Source of the DNA: Octopus sinensis
Lineage: Eukaryota
Reading direction: 5' to 3'
NCBI RefSeq assembly: GCF_006345805.1
Contig: NC_042999.1
Coordinates: forward strand, 3,348,001-3,412,000
Length of the DNA: 64,000 nucleotides
In this document: positions 24,564 to 38,706 of the stretch, in pieces
Layout: each line of letters begins with the position of its first letter
Numbering within the stretch: position 1 is the stretch's first letter
Notes under the pieces: generated by a model
What the model saw: the letters and a program-made list of their open reading frames with translations, nothing else
What the model was told of the DNA's origin: nothing
Database searches by the model: none
Program-made: the position numbers and the translations under genes

Positions 24564-25469
24564 AACACACAGATATATAAACTCACACTGTCAAGTTCTT
24601 TGATTTCGTTTTCTGTTTTCCTATTTTTAAAGAAATTTTGTATCATGAAAAATAACAGGAAGATGAAAGCATTTTTTGGCCATAAAAGAATTTTTTTTTT
24701 CCAAATAAATCTACAAACAAAAACATACCAACAAAAATATACCAACAAAAAAAAAAAACAGGCTAACAAAAGTTCGGCAAAATATGTCTTTTGTGGTGTT
24801 TCAAATACTGAATCTCCAATTTATAAACAAAATAGAGAAAAATTATAACAACAAAATATATAAGAGATAATACAAAAAAACATCAAAAAAAACTAATTAA
24901 ATAAGACTGTTATTTTAACCATTATCATTGTCATTGTTACATTATTGTTTTGTAGTTGTTGTTGTATTTACTGCCACTACTGCAGTTTGCCCTGTCTTTA
25001 AGCACTAATATATTGTTTCTACAACAAAATCTTAATTGCAAATGTCTCTTTTCATTAAACTGCTTAAATAAACTACAGAGAACATTACTGTCTTTTGTTT
25101 CAAATCTGTCTTTCTTTAAAGTCCTCAATTTTTTTTTTCTTATTTTATGTTAAATAGGGAAGTGCTTCCATTATTGTTATTGTTGTTGCATTCATATATG
25201 TTTTGTTATTTTGCTTTTTCCATTCGTTCTATGTACATAATCTCTCTCTCTCTCTCACATAATCTTTCTTCACACATGACAAACCCATCACATTTTTCCC
25301 CTACACCTCTTCCGTTTCTTTCTGCCTGTTTATCTTGTTTTAGTCAGATAAATTCATGTGTTCATACCAGATTCTCTTCTTTTCAGTTTCCAAACCAGCT
25401 GAAACCAGATTTTTATCTGGACTCCATTACTGGAAAGAAAAACGGGGATACTTAAAATACCTTAATTTT

Positions 25470-26170
25470 TTTCCTTTCCCCATCATCCAATTACCAACAG
25501 ACAGATTTAGGAAGCCATCAAAATACATTAGGAATTGACAGAACAAGCAGAAATGAAAAGAGGTGTAAGACAAGGATGCGTGTTATCGCCATGCTATTTA
25601 ATATCTACCTGTGTGTATATCCAGGGAGACAATTGAGATCAAAGGACATGCAAACAATGGTATGAACTGAAGCAATATAAGAAGATGCAATATTACAGGC
25701 AGACAGATATGAGAAATAACAAGAAATTGTTGATATTGTGAAAGGGAATGCTGCACAAAAGGTTGAAAATGGACAAAAGAAAAAGACAGTGGTTATTAAC
25801 CCTTTAGTGTTTAAACCGGCCAAACCCGGCCAAAATATTCTACCTATTTTATGTTCAAACTAGTCAGATATGGTCATTCATAGCCACCTTATTGTGTCAT
25901 TTTAAAAATAAACAATCACATCATTGAAATCTCAAAGCCATGAAATGATGCAAGATTAATTTTACATGGTGTGAATACATAAGCTTTACATTTGACAGAA
26001 TAATCTGAATGCTAAAGGGTTAAATCATCATCATCATCGTCGTTGTTTAATGTCCATTTTCTATGCTGGCACAGGTTGGATGGTTTGACTGAGGACTGGA
26101 GAGCCAACAGCCATAAAACGAACATAAAAGTACATGATACAAGCTTGAGCAAGGAAAACAGTTCAGATAT
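25470..26170 (+). mobile_element. Old LINE (RTE-like) reverse-transcriptase fragment, split by a MITE and an RTE tail
   Basis: Manual translation MKRGVRQGCVLSP ... QEIVDIV ... KTVVI; continues after the MITE as a LEQ..FRY-like segment. Confidence 0.7.
25800..26019 (+). mobile_element. TTAA-flanked piggyBac-type MITE (family P1)
   Basis: ttaa|ccctttag ... ctaaaggg|ttaa. Confidence 0.9.
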
Positions 26171-26388
26171 TTTATTCTTTCATTTGTTTGTCATTTGACT
26201 GAGGCCATGCTGGAACATCGCCTTTTAGTTGAACAAATCAACCCCCAGGACTTATTCTTTGTAAGCCTCATATTTATTCTATCAGTCTCTTTTGCTGAAT
26301 CACTAAGTTATGGGGACGTAAACACACTAGCATCGGTTGTCAGGCAATGTTGGGGTGACAGATACACACACACACATACATATAGACA

Positions 26389-26432
<44 letters not shown>

Positions 26433-26621
26433 ACAGGCTTCTTTGAGTTTCCTTCTATTAAATCCACTCCTGCCATAAGCAGGAATTTTCTCTTTGCTAT
26501 AAGAGCAGAGAATTTGCCTTAAAAGTTCAAATATGTCACATACTTTGACTAAACCTGTAGTTTGTTTATTGCTCATCACTGATTAGTGTTGCTAACCACT
26601 GTGTGTGTGTGTGCATGTGTA

Positions 26622-27493
26622 CAGGGTGCAGTGAATAAATTGTCATCTAAGTTATGCAAAAATGAAAAAAAACTGATATCTCATTTTAACAGATATATTT
26701 ACCAAAATCACATAAAAATATCTTGAAATACTAAAGAGTAAATTTATTCAATAAAATTTCCATTGACTTCAACCACAGCTGCCAGACAACTTTGGAATCT
26801 CCTGCAACTCTTCTGGACTGTCTCCTTGTTGAAGTTGGTTAATGCTGCCATAATTCTTTCCTTTGGTTCGTCTTTGGTGTTACAAGGAGTTTTGTTGGTC
26901 TCTAGCTCAACTGCGCCCCACACATAATAATCAAGGGGTTTGCAGTCTGGGGAGTTAGGTGGCCAGATTTTAGGGGTGATTTGGTCACAGAAATTGCCTG
27001 ACAGCCATGACTGAGTTTTCCTGCTTGTGTGGCATGGTGCAGAGTCCTGCTGCCAGACATAGGGTCTTCTAGCATCCACCCTCTTCACCCAAGGCAGCAA
27101 TACCTCCTCCAGGCACTTGACATAGACCTCCTTGTTGCATGTGAGGCCTTGTGGGAAGATGAATGGAGGTATAACATCACCATCACTAGTGATCACTCCA
27201 AACACCATGATGTTGACTGGATGTTTGATTTTTATCACTCTCGGAACATTTCCTTAGATTAACACCCAAACACTCTGAAATGTTCATAGTGGAGCTTCCA
27301 GCATGAATGCCAAGCAGTACAGCTTGTCATTTCCAAATTTCTGGCTGAGTGAATTGCATCATGGTACTGTTTTTCTCACAGATGTTGCCCAACTGACCCT
27401 ACTATACTGTGTAGTCAACAAAATCAAAAACAAACAATGCACATGTGCAAAATTAAAAAGATGAAATGGCAACAATTTACCCATTGCACCCTG
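26622..27493 (-). mobile_element. Internally deleted maT-type (DD37D) Tc1/mariner transposon
   Basis: TA-flanked TIRs cagggtgcagtgaataaattgtc / cagggtgcaatgggtaaattgtt; ORF 26744-27238 with QQDSAPCH...WPPNSPDCKPLDYYVW (37 residues between the two Asp). Confidence 0.9.
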
Positions 27494-28384
27494 TATGTGT
27501 ATGTGTATATATATATATGATCATTACCAGCGTCATCTTACTGGCACTCATGCCTGTGCTAGTAGGGTGCCAAGAGCACCATCCAAGCATGATCGTTGCC
27601 AAAGCAGCCAACTGGCTTCGGTACCTGTGGCACATACAAGGGCACCATTCGAGTGTGATCGTTACCAATGTCACTTCACTGGCACGTGTAAAATGATTCG
27701 AGCGAGGTCATTGCCAGTACTGCCTGACTGGCCCCTGTGCTGGTGGCACGTAAAAAGCACCCACTACACTCTCGGAGTGGTTGGCGTTAGGAAGGGCATC
27801 CAGCTGTAGAAACTCTGCCAGATCAAGATTGGAGCCTGAAGCAGCCATCTGGCTCATCAGCCCTCAGTCAAAATCGTTCAACCCATGCTAGCATGGAAGG
27901 CGGATGTTAAACGATGATGATATATATATATATATATATAATATATATATATATATCCTGTCATTTCTTTCATAATCCTTTGACTAATTTCTTGGAAATC
28001 TTGACCTCTTCTCTTCAGTCACGTTTTCGCTTCTAACCATTTTTTCATTCTGGTTGGTGCAAAATATTCTCACATATCATTCTTCGTATTTTGCCGTCTT
28101 CCTTGATGAACAAGTCTCATTTTTTCCCTATTAACTTCAGCTTCATCATTCTTCATAACATATTCTAGCATGGGAAAATGGGGGTAAAAAAAACGAGAAT
28201 ATATTATTGAGGTATCTTTCTGTTTGGCTGAATGCCTTTCCTGGCAATAAAACATAATTATTTTCTTGCTCTTTTTTTTTTTTTTTTAAGTACAGGATTT
28301 CATATTTCATACATTTTCCTGTCAACAATGCTGCTCAAAGCATGCAATTGTAAACAAATGCTCAGATACACATCCATATCTACC

Positions 28385-28395
28385 TATATGTATAA

Positions 28396-28436
<41 letters not shown>

Positions 28437-28594
28437 GTGTGTATATATATGTGTGTATATATATATATATATATGTGTGTATATATATATTTATATGTGT
28501 GTGTATATATATATTTATATATGTATATATATATATAATATATATATATATATATGTATATGTGTGTGTGTGTGTATATATATATATATGTGTG

Positions 28595-28625
<31 letters not shown>

Positions 28626-28783
28626 ATATATATATGTGTATATATATGTGTATATATATATGTGTGTGTATATATATATATGTGTGTGTGTATATGTATA
28701 TATGTGTGCATATATGTATATATATGTATATATGTGTGTATATATGTATATATATGTGTATATACATATATATATATATATAT

Positions 28784-28826
<43 letters not shown>

Positions 28827-28860
28827 TACTCTCACACACACATATGTAAGTAGAGACAGA
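28385..28860. repeat. Long compound (TA)n/(TG)n microsatellite
   Basis: Directly visible. Confidence 0.95.
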
Positions 28861-29863
28861 TAAATAAATAGGAAGGTAAGTAGATAGATAAATAGATAGA
28901 TAGGTAATAGATGTATACATAAATTCAGAGAGTGAGAGAGGGGGAGGAAGGGATGATTGTTATAAGAGCAGATTCTCATGGTGTGTTATCATGTTTGGAA
29001 AATACCTCCTTTCCTCCATTTTCCCAGTTTTCCATAGCCTACATACACCGAAGCAAATTTAAAGGAAGAGCTATTACTGAATAGGTATTAAGCATCCTAC
29101 AACTGACAGAATGTGAACATACGTCAGAGTAGATTAGCCTAGTCATGTATCTTTCATTTGATTTAGACTCGTGCTGACGTACATGTAAGATGCATTGAAC
29201 ATCTTGCACAGACTCAAAGATTTCAGCTCCTGTATCTAATGATGTTGTCTAAAGATATTGGCATTTTGTGAACATTACATCAATGATATATCTCAGAACA
29301 TGTTTTCAATGTACATTTATTTATATTATTTAATTATGTCTCAGTTACTCTTGCGTATATGCTTGTTCAAAACGTGTATTTATATATGTGTATATGTACA
29401 TATATATATATATTTATATTTATATTTATATATATATACACATATCTTTACTCTGTTTTTACTCTTTTATCACTCTTTTACTTTTGTCAGTCATTTGACT
29501 GTGGCCATGCTGGAGCACTGCCTTTAGTCGAGCAAATCGACCCCAGGACTTATTCTTTGTAAGCCTAGTACCTATTCTATCGATCTCTTTTACCGAACCG
29601 CTAAGTTACAGGGACGTACACACACCACCATCGGTTGTCAAGTGATGTTGGTGGGACAAACACAGACACACAAACATATACATACATATATATATATGTA
29701 TATATACATATATTTCAGTTTCCATCTACCAAATCCAGTCACAAGGCTTAGGTCAACCCAAGGCTATAGTAGAAGACACTTGCCCAAGGTGCCACATAGT
29801 GAGAATGAACCCGGAACCATGTGGTTGGTAAGCAAGCTACTTACCACACAACCACGCCTGTGC

Positions 29864-29925
<62 letters not shown>

Positions 29926-30510
29926 GTTTACAAGAACAGAGAAAATAAACAAAACTCAGTACATGAATATATATCTTTTATCTTTTGTTTCAGTCGTTAG
30001 ACTATGGCCATGCTGGGGCACCACCTTCAAGAACTGTAGTTGAGTGAATCGACCCCAGTACTTTTTTTTAAAGCCTGGTATTTATTCTATTGGTCTCTTT
30101 TGCTGCATCACAAAGTTACAGGGATATAAACACACCAACACCAGTTTTATCTTTCATTGCATGGAGTACTCTTTGTGAATCTTACCAATATTGGAACTGT
30201 AGACGTTTATTAACTGTTATCCATGAAACTCAGGGTCATTCTGTAACTTTTACCAATTATATATAATAATTTTTACATACACACATATATACATCTCTTT
30301 TATCTTTTACTCGTTTCAGTCATTTGACTGCAGCCATGCTGGATCACTGCCTTTAGTCAAACAAATCGACCTCAGCACTTATTCTTTGGAAGACTAGCAC
30401 TTATTTTATCGGTCTCTTTTGCCAAACCACTAAGTTATGGGGACATAAACACACCACCATTGGTTGTCAAGCAATGTTGGAGGGGGTCAAACACAGACAC
30501 AAACATATAC

Positions 30511-30572
<62 letters not shown>

Positions 30573-30736
30573 TACAATGGGCTTCTTTCAGTTTCCAACT
30601 ACCAAATCCACTCACAAGGCTTTGGTCAGCCCGAGGCTATAGTAGAAGACACTTGCCCAAGGTGCCATGTAGTGAGAATGAACCCGGAACCATGTGGTTG
30701 GTAAGCAAGCTAGTTACCACACAGCTACTCCTGTGC

Positions 30737-30768
<32 letters not shown>

Positions 30769-31231
30769 CTTTATATATCATCTTGGCACTAAAATTCTGG
30801 AAGGCTGCACCAAACTCCAGTCTGATTTTGCATGGCTTCTATGACTGGATTCCTTTCTTAATGCTAACCACTCCGAGACTGTAACGGATGCTTTTACGTG
30901 CCTCTGGCATGGGTGCCATTTGCATGACACCGGTACCTGTTATGACTACGAGACATAACAGACATTTCTGATCATATTTTGTTTTCTTAAGAGCTTCTGC
31001 AGATATTCTTAAAAGTATTTCTGCAGAGAAGAAAAGGAAGTTCCAATAACCTAATTACCATTTTGAGAGGCTGCAAAACTGATGGAGAAAGAAGACAAGA
31101 AATTATCTGCAGATGAAAGACCTAACCCAAATGTTTGCAGCAGAATGAATTCTTCCAATGGTACCAAAGGACCATTAGAAGGATGATGGTTTAGATGCAA
31201 TCACAAGCTTTTAGACTGCAAAAGTGCATAA

Positions 31232-31624
31232 TCTATATATAAAGCTGAAGTTGTCTGTGTGTGTGTGTGTGGCAGGTTTGGTAGCCTTCAACTAACACTA
31301 TCTCCTCCGAGACCCTGTGGCGCAAGTTGACCAAAATTGAGAAAATAATAGAAGGCTTACTCTTCCTTCCGTAGAAGAAAAAATTCAAATCGGACCATGA
31401 TAACACCAAAAATTATTTACATCAAAAAGGGGCTTTTTTTCAATGAAAATCCCTATCTTTTACAATTTTTTGACTGCTGTGTCACCATTTTTCGGTGTAT
31501 TTCAACCAGAAAATTGTTCACTCAAAGAGAATAAGAAGCTACATAATGCAAAATTTTTACTTTTCAAAAATTCCTGTTCTAAGGGGTCGAAACAAACCTG
31601 AGCAACGCCAGGCTATACTACTAG
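31232..31624 (+). mobile_element. Non-autonomous Helitron
   Basis: A|TC 5' end (tctatatataaa); 3' hairpin cctg-agcaacgc-cagg about 8 nt before CTAG|T; no TSD. Confidence 0.85.
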
Positions 31625-32719
31625 TAATCTTTGAAATGAGACAATATGTTGTGGTCACAAGAGACAGAAAGGTAAAATTCTCTGCAGATATTGGTTTCAT
31701 TATCAAGTTCCTTGTAATCATCATCATCATCTTTTTAGCTTCAGCATTTTTATGCTCACATGGCTGAGACAGAATTCACTGAGACGGCAAACTTTCTATG
31801 GTTGGCTGCTCTTCACACTGTCAACCTTCACCGGTTCCCAAGCAAGATAATATTTCCTCATGGCTGGAAGATTGAAAACAACATTGCTTGTATGATGCTT
31901 ATTTACAACCATCATGGGATATCGAGACAAGGAGATGCACAGACATGTGGTATCTAAAAATCCATGAGTCAGAAGAAAAACAAGCTCTTATGTGTCAATA
32001 GTGTAAGTATATTATTATTATTAATACTACTAATAGTCTTATAGCAGTCAAATTACCAACTGGTTTCATATCACAGGTTGAGACCCAATTTATCAATCAT
32101 CAGAAATGATCAACAGGAATGTGAGTGTGTGTCATCATCATCATCATCGTTTAATGTCCATTTTCCATGTTGGCACAGGTTGGACAGTTTGACTGGGGAC
32201 AGGCTCCAATCTGATCTGGCAAAGTTTCTATGGATGGATGCCCTTCCTAATGCCAACCACTCCTGAGAGTGTAGTGGGTGCTTTTTACATGCCACTGGTA
32301 CAGGAGCCAGTTGGTGGTTGTGGTGGAGGGGCATCAAACAAGTTCAGATGGTGCTTTTTACATGCCACTGGCATCGACCTACACATGAATGGTGCTTATT
32401 GCATGCCACCAACACGAGAGCCAGTCAGGTAGCACTGGCATCAGCCACAACTACAATTCCCACTTTGATTGAGATTCTGATTGTGATTTTATGTTGATTT
32501 TACTTGACTCAATATGTATATAATGTATATATATATGTATATACACACACATGATGTGTTTCCTTCAGTTTTCATCTACCAAATCCATTCATAAAAATTG
32601 TGGTTAACTTGGAACTTTAGTAAAACACTTTTGTCTAAGATGCCACATAATGGAACTGAACTCAAAGCCATGTGATTGGGAAGCAAACTGCTAAACTACT
32701 CAGTTATGCATGCATAACA

Positions 32720-33335
32720 TTTTGTTGATATTAGGAGTGTTTCTCCCCATGATTGTTGAGTACTTGGTTGATGGATTTCTTAGAACCATTTTTGGTTAGC
32801 AAATGATGGCATTTTAATGGAGCTATCTGGTACTCTGATGCTATTTGCACTGATCTTAAAAACCTCTTCCTGTGTAATCTGTTCTGAAGTAGAGCTTGTC
32901 AATATCTCTAATTTTGTGGAAGTTCCCACTTGACATGAAGATCAGGAAGGTTACATTATCAATGGAGGGGATTTCTGCTAAAGACTAGTTAAGTATCAGA
33001 AAAAGGACAGTGGTGCCACTACAGCAAATAATGTAAATATGGCATGGGATACTTGCTTTGCTTGAAGAGAAAATCTGTAAATGTCATATGTTTAAAATTC
33101 TGTTACAGTATTCCTTTGTACATTTATTTCTGATCAAAGTATCTTATTTTCTTCAAGATGTATTTTCAATAATACCTAGGTATTAATGATATACCCTGAG
33201 TACAAGATGTAGCTACCACTGGTGTTAATGTCTTTCATTTGATACATAACTGAATCTGTGGTTTCCTTACATTCAGTTATACTGCAGCATTACCTTTGGC
33301 CAAATTCCAACCCTATTTCAGCTGAAAATATATTG
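32720..33335 (-). mobile_element. Decayed RT/thumb fragment of an RLE-type (R4/Dong-like) non-LTR retrotransposon
   Basis: Manual translation FSAEIGLEFG ... YLGIIEN ... KEYCNRI ... GNFHKIRDIDKLY ... GRG, with stops and frameshifts. Confidence 0.7.
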
Positions 33336-33659
33336 TGATTAAATCCTGCTATTTATCAGCGTTGTAGATACTTCCAGCTTAGACCTTTCATCAGCAGAGA
33401 AATTACAGGAAGGTTACATAGAGGGGGTTGTTTTGCTGTTAAAGAACCCGGCATAGAACTTCTGGATTTTACAAAACTGGATCTCATGCCAAAATAAATA
33501 AAATTGTGTGTGCGTGTAGATATATAGATAGATCAATAAACTCACAGGTAGATAAACACACAGATAGATAAACATATAGATAGATAGATCGATAAATTCA
33601 CTGGTAGATAAACACAGATAGATAGACAGATACATACATACACACATATATATGTATGT

Positions 33660-34160
33660 ACATCATACATACATATATACTTACTGTGGGTATATTCCCA
33701 TCAAAACTTCTGTCAAATGTAAATATAACAGGCCAGATATTGTTGTTTGGGAGAGAAGTGCAACGGTATGCACCATCATAGAGGTCAGCTGCCCTGCAGA
33801 TATAAATATCTCTTTGAAAATCAAAGAAAAATAGAATGTCTATGGACAACTGCTTTGGAACCTCCAGCTTCTATATCTAGACTATGAATTCATATCAATA
33901 ATAATTGGAGCACTAGGTTTTGTTAGTAAATACTTAAAGGAGAATCTAGATAAACTGGGATTTTCAGAAAGAGAAATCGACCAGTTAATTCATACATTAC
34001 GAGTGGAATCTGTAAGTGGAACAGAAAAAATATACAAGACTTTTCTCATGTTCCAAATGTGAATTTGCCTGTGTTAACTACATCCTAAAGACGGAGACTT
34101 GTATGTTTGTTTGAAACGGGCTCCCTTCTCAGTGGAAGATTTATAATATTTAAAAATTAG
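33660..34160 (+). mobile_element. Restriction-like endonuclease C-terminus and 3'UTR of an R4/Dong-like element
   Basis: NRPDIVVW..TIIEVSCPAD.NI..KIKEK...YGQLL.NLQLLY....IIIGALG (PD-(D/E)xK RLE motif). Confidence 0.8.
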
Positions 34161-34736
34161 AAGAGACACATACATATAAGCCTAAAAATTCCATGATAAT
34201 TTGTTCCAAACACCACCTTAATAATGGCAATGTAATTTTACTAAATTCTACATTATTATCAAAATTAACTGGAAACAAAAGACAGGCTATTTCAACAAAG
34301 ACATGGTGGCCAAACTGAATATGATTTAAAGAAAGCATGACTGCTATTTTTGCGGGTTGAGCATCCACGTAAGTGTTTTGTTGTTGGCTGGACAGTTCAA
34401 ATAGATGCCTAGAATAGGTATATTGGAATTGTTGAGAATTGTTCTGTAAGACTGATCACCTATTGATACATATCTCCAAATATAATCAGTCAAGCAACTA
34501 ACTCCATTTACCACACGAGTATATGAGAGATAAGATATATATCGTCCTAATCTAACCATTTTTTTTTTCCTTTTCTTCCACCTTTTTATGTTTTTCCTTT
34601 TTCTAATGTGGAGGTAAGTCAAATAGAAAATCTTATAGACCTTCACTCTGTAGCAACTAGCCATGGGTGAAAACATAATTTTGGATTTTATTTATTTATT
34701 TATTTCCTTTTTCAGAATTTTTTTTTTCATGAGAGC

Positions 34737-34895
34737 AACAAATAATAATAATATTAATAATAATAATAAAAAATAATAATAATAGTAATAATAATAATGG
34801 TAATAATAATAATAATAGTAATAATGATAATAATGACAATAATAATAATGATAATAATAATAATAATAATAGTAATAATAATGATAATAATAATA

Positions 34896-34926
<31 letters not shown>

Positions 34927-35093
34927 TAGTAATAATAATGATAATAATAATAATAATAATAGTAATAATAATGATAATAATGATAATAGTAATAATAATG
35001 ATAATAGTAAAAATAATAATAATAATAATAATAATAGTAAAAATAATAATAATAATAATAATAATAGTAAAAATAATAATAATAATAATACAA
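34737..35093. repeat. (AAT)n array interspersed with AGT/GAT triplets
   Basis: Directly visible. Confidence 0.95.
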
Positions 35094-35675
35094 TGACAGC
35101 ATAAATGAATGAATGACTGATTTACTCAAGAGATGAAGCTGAAACAAAAGATTTATTATTTATATGCAAGAAAGTTATAAAAAAAAATATCAAAAAGAAA
35201 AAAAAAGCAACACCCCACAATAAAAAAAAAAGCAAGCAAGAAGTAAAAAGCCATCAGAGTTTTTAGCAGCATAATTGGATCTCTATTAGAAATTTCATTT
35301 GTTTCTTATAGAGAGAGAGAGAGAAATCATTGCTATGTATTCTTCATGTTCTTTTATTGAAAATATTGAATTCTAGTTTTCTAAATTCCTTTCACACACG
35401 GATCAACAGAATTTAATGAAGGAGTACAGCGGCTCGAAGAAAGAAGAAAGAGAAGAGATGGAGGTGTTTGGCCATCAAGTCATGTAAAGGTTTCACAATT
35501 TGATGTCGTTATTGTATTCTTTTTTTTTTCTTTTTTTTCCTAGAGCACTTTTTATCCATTTATTTGCTTCTTTTTTATTTCATATCAAATTTCTTTTGTT
35601 GAATTTGTTCCTAAATTTTCTCTTTTTTTTTGTATTTATTTATTCAATATTTTTGCATTTTTTCCTTTCGTTTCA

Positions 35676-35749
35676 TAATAATAATGATAATAATGATAAT
35701 AGTAATAATAATAATAATGATAATAATAATAGTAATAATAATAATAATA

Positions 35750-35786
<37 letters not shown>

Positions 35787-36022
35787 TAATAATAATAATA
35801 GTAATTATAATAATAGTAATAATAATGATAATAATGATAATAGTAATAATAATAATAATGATAATAATAATAGTAATAATAATAATAATAGTAATTATAA
35901 TAATAGTAATAATAATGATAATAATAGTAATAATAATAATGATAATAATAATAGTAATAATGATAATAATAATAGTAATGATAATAATAATAACAGTAAT
36001 AATAATAGTAATAATAATAATA
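35676..36022. repeat. Second (AAT)n/AGT/GAT array
   Basis: Directly visible. Confidence 0.95.
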
Positions 36023-36489
36023 TTTTCCTCTACCCACAACTCTTTTTCAATTTTACTTCCAAACATTCTATTTCTTCGTCTTCTATGTTTACTTTTATTT
36101 ATCTTCTGCTGTTTTTTTTTTAAGGAGGCTTTCTTCAAATCTATATTTGTTTACATGTAATCTTTTTCTTACCAATGGAAGTAAAAAATAAACATAGCAT
36201 AAAAACTGCCAAGCACTCTTTAGTGAAGAATAACTACTATCCAAGCAAAAAAATTTAATAAATGTGAAATAAAAAAAAATTAATAAATGTGAAATAAAAA
36301 AAAATTGCAAACAAAATTAATCCTACTCCTGCCCAGATCTTTATACAGCTTCATAAATGACATTTTTAAGAAGCTTACATGGATTCTATAGATTTGACGA
36401 AGTTTAAATCTCTTATACCATTTCTTCAGAATCTTAGGTTTTAATTTGATATTGTTGAATGTGTTCACCTTCTTTCCTTTTGTGCACAC

Positions 36490-36850
36490 ATATATATATG
36501 TATATATATACACACACACACACACATTTATATATATATATATACACACACATTTATATATATATATATATATACATTTATATATATATATATACACACA
36601 TTTATATATATATATATATATATACACACACATTTATATATATATATATATATACGCACATTTATATATATATATATATATACACATATATATAAACACA
36701 CATTTATATATATATATATATACACACACATTTATATATATATTCATACACACACATATATACACATACACATTTATATATATACACACACACACACATT
36801 TATATATATATATGTTAATATATACATGTGTTAATATATATATATATATA
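36490..36850. repeat. Minisatellite cacacattt(at)n, about ten units
   Basis: Repeated cacacattt anchor with variable TA tracts. Confidence 0.9.
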
Positions 36851-38302
36851 TAGGTGTGTATTTATATGCATACATGTGTTTGTGCATCTTGTTCTGTCCC
36901 ATATAGACGGACATACAATGACAGAAAATTTAATTTAACTCATTCTTGTATATTACATTCATTTCTATCTCGTTATGTAAATTATTTTTTGATGTTGTTG
37001 TTGTTTCATTCTGATTCGACCATTCTATAATTTATTTATTTTTGAAATTTTTATCTTTTTTCTTTTTTTTGTTTTTACTCGTTTACTTCACTTGGAAATA
37101 AAAATATATAGGTATGTGTTTAATGTGTGTACTTCTGTCTGTCAGTCCGTCTGTTCGTCTGTCCGTTTGGCTGAGTGTCTGTGTATATCTGTAATGTTAG
37201 TAGTGTGAAGTCATTATACATTTGATTTTATTTATTTATTATTTTTTTTTTGCTTCGTCTTGATTCTTTCTTCACAATACAATATCTGCTTTGCACATAT
37301 TCACATGAAAAGTAGAAAATATAACAAACACAAAGCCGAGACAAACAAAAAACCAAACAACATAATATTAATAAGCAAGAAATATTAAGGTATTTATTGC
37401 AATTATTTATATTCTATTTTTGAATTATTTCTTTATCAAAGAAAATAATAGTTTGTGCATAATTGAACAGTTCTATTGTTCATTTTGTGTGTACATATGT
37501 ATGTATATGTTTTCTGTGTATGTGTATATATATTTTTCTTTGTCACGTGTTTATATATTTATGCGTATATATATGTGTGTTGCTTTACCATTTGTATTTG
37601 CTGGGAGTTTTTTTTGTGTGTGTGTGTGTGTATTTGTTTGCCTTCCATTTAAAAATCTCAGGATTTTCATTTAGCAAAGAAAATAAATAAATAAATGAAA
37701 AATAATTTGCATTGTAAACTGAAAATCCGTATATATATGAAAAGAATTAACAAAACCTCAAAAAATACCATTCCAGTTTTCCAATTTTCCAGTGTTAGTC
37801 CTACCTGTTACAATACCATTCCAATTCTTATTGCTTTCATTTTATCAATTTAATCAGGTACTCAAATCAACTTTAATAATGTTTATTTAAAGTCACTGAG
37901 TGAATTTTAAACACTTAGACACCTAAACATGGTTCCAACATGTCCTTCCAGACTCGCGTCTTCTTTAATTCTGTCTGATTCTTCTTTTACCATTTTCCAT
38001 TTACTATTTTTTCGCTTTTATTTCTTTTTAGATATATTTTTCACGCTAATCTACTAAAAGGTGACTTAATTTTATTATTAAGTCTTATAACCCATTTCAG
38101 CCACTACTTAAAAAACTTTGTGTGTATAACACATTTAGAGTAAGACAGAATGAAAAAAGCTGATATTTATTCATATTACATTCATATGAGAAGTTCAAAC
38201 AAACAAAAGGGATAAAAAAAATGCACTTTAATTAATTTTATAGTGCAGTTGTGAGAGCTTCAACTTCATATTTGTGTACTGGGTTCAGTTCCACTGTGCA
38301 GC

Positions 38303-38706
38303 AGGAGGAGCAATGGCCCAGTGGTTAGAGCAGCGGACTCGCGGTCGGAGGATCAGTTTTGATTCACAGACCAGGCGTTGTGTGTGTTTATTGAGCGAAA
38401 ACACCTAAAGCTCCACGAGGCTCTGGCAGGGGGTGGTGGTGACCCCTGTTGTACTCTTTCGCCCCAACTTTCTCTCACTCTTTCTTCCTGTTTCTTGTCC
38501 CCGACTTCCTACGCAACCGCTGAGCCTGGATGCGTATTCATCCATCCGTCGATGCTCTCGGTGTCGGGGGTTGACCTGCTTTCTCTTCTGTGGGTCTTAC
38601 GAATAGCAAAGGACAACGTTTTGGACTTCTCCCACTATAGACAATCCTGAGGCGCGATCTTGCGAGCTCTGGGATGAAGACCGCTTCACTCAACAAACAA
38701 ACAAAC
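38303..38706 (+). mobile_element. tRNA-derived SINE family D1 (OR-like), inserted in an A-SINE head
   Basis: tggcccagtggttagagcagcggactcgc head; (CAAA)n tail; full inverted copy at ~53205-53588. Confidence 0.85.

Noticed and set aside
33350-33400. Hammerhead-like ctgatga...gaag on the minus strand
   Set aside because: GAAA is absent and stem II does not pair.
34560-34620. Possible recursive splice site (pyrimidine tract then gag|GTAAGT)
   Set aside because: The acceptor is GAG rather than YAG, and such motifs arise by chance in T-rich DNA.
34692-36160. Poly-Y, poly-I and poly-N ORFs up to 207 aa
   Set aside because: Translations of (AAT)n arrays.
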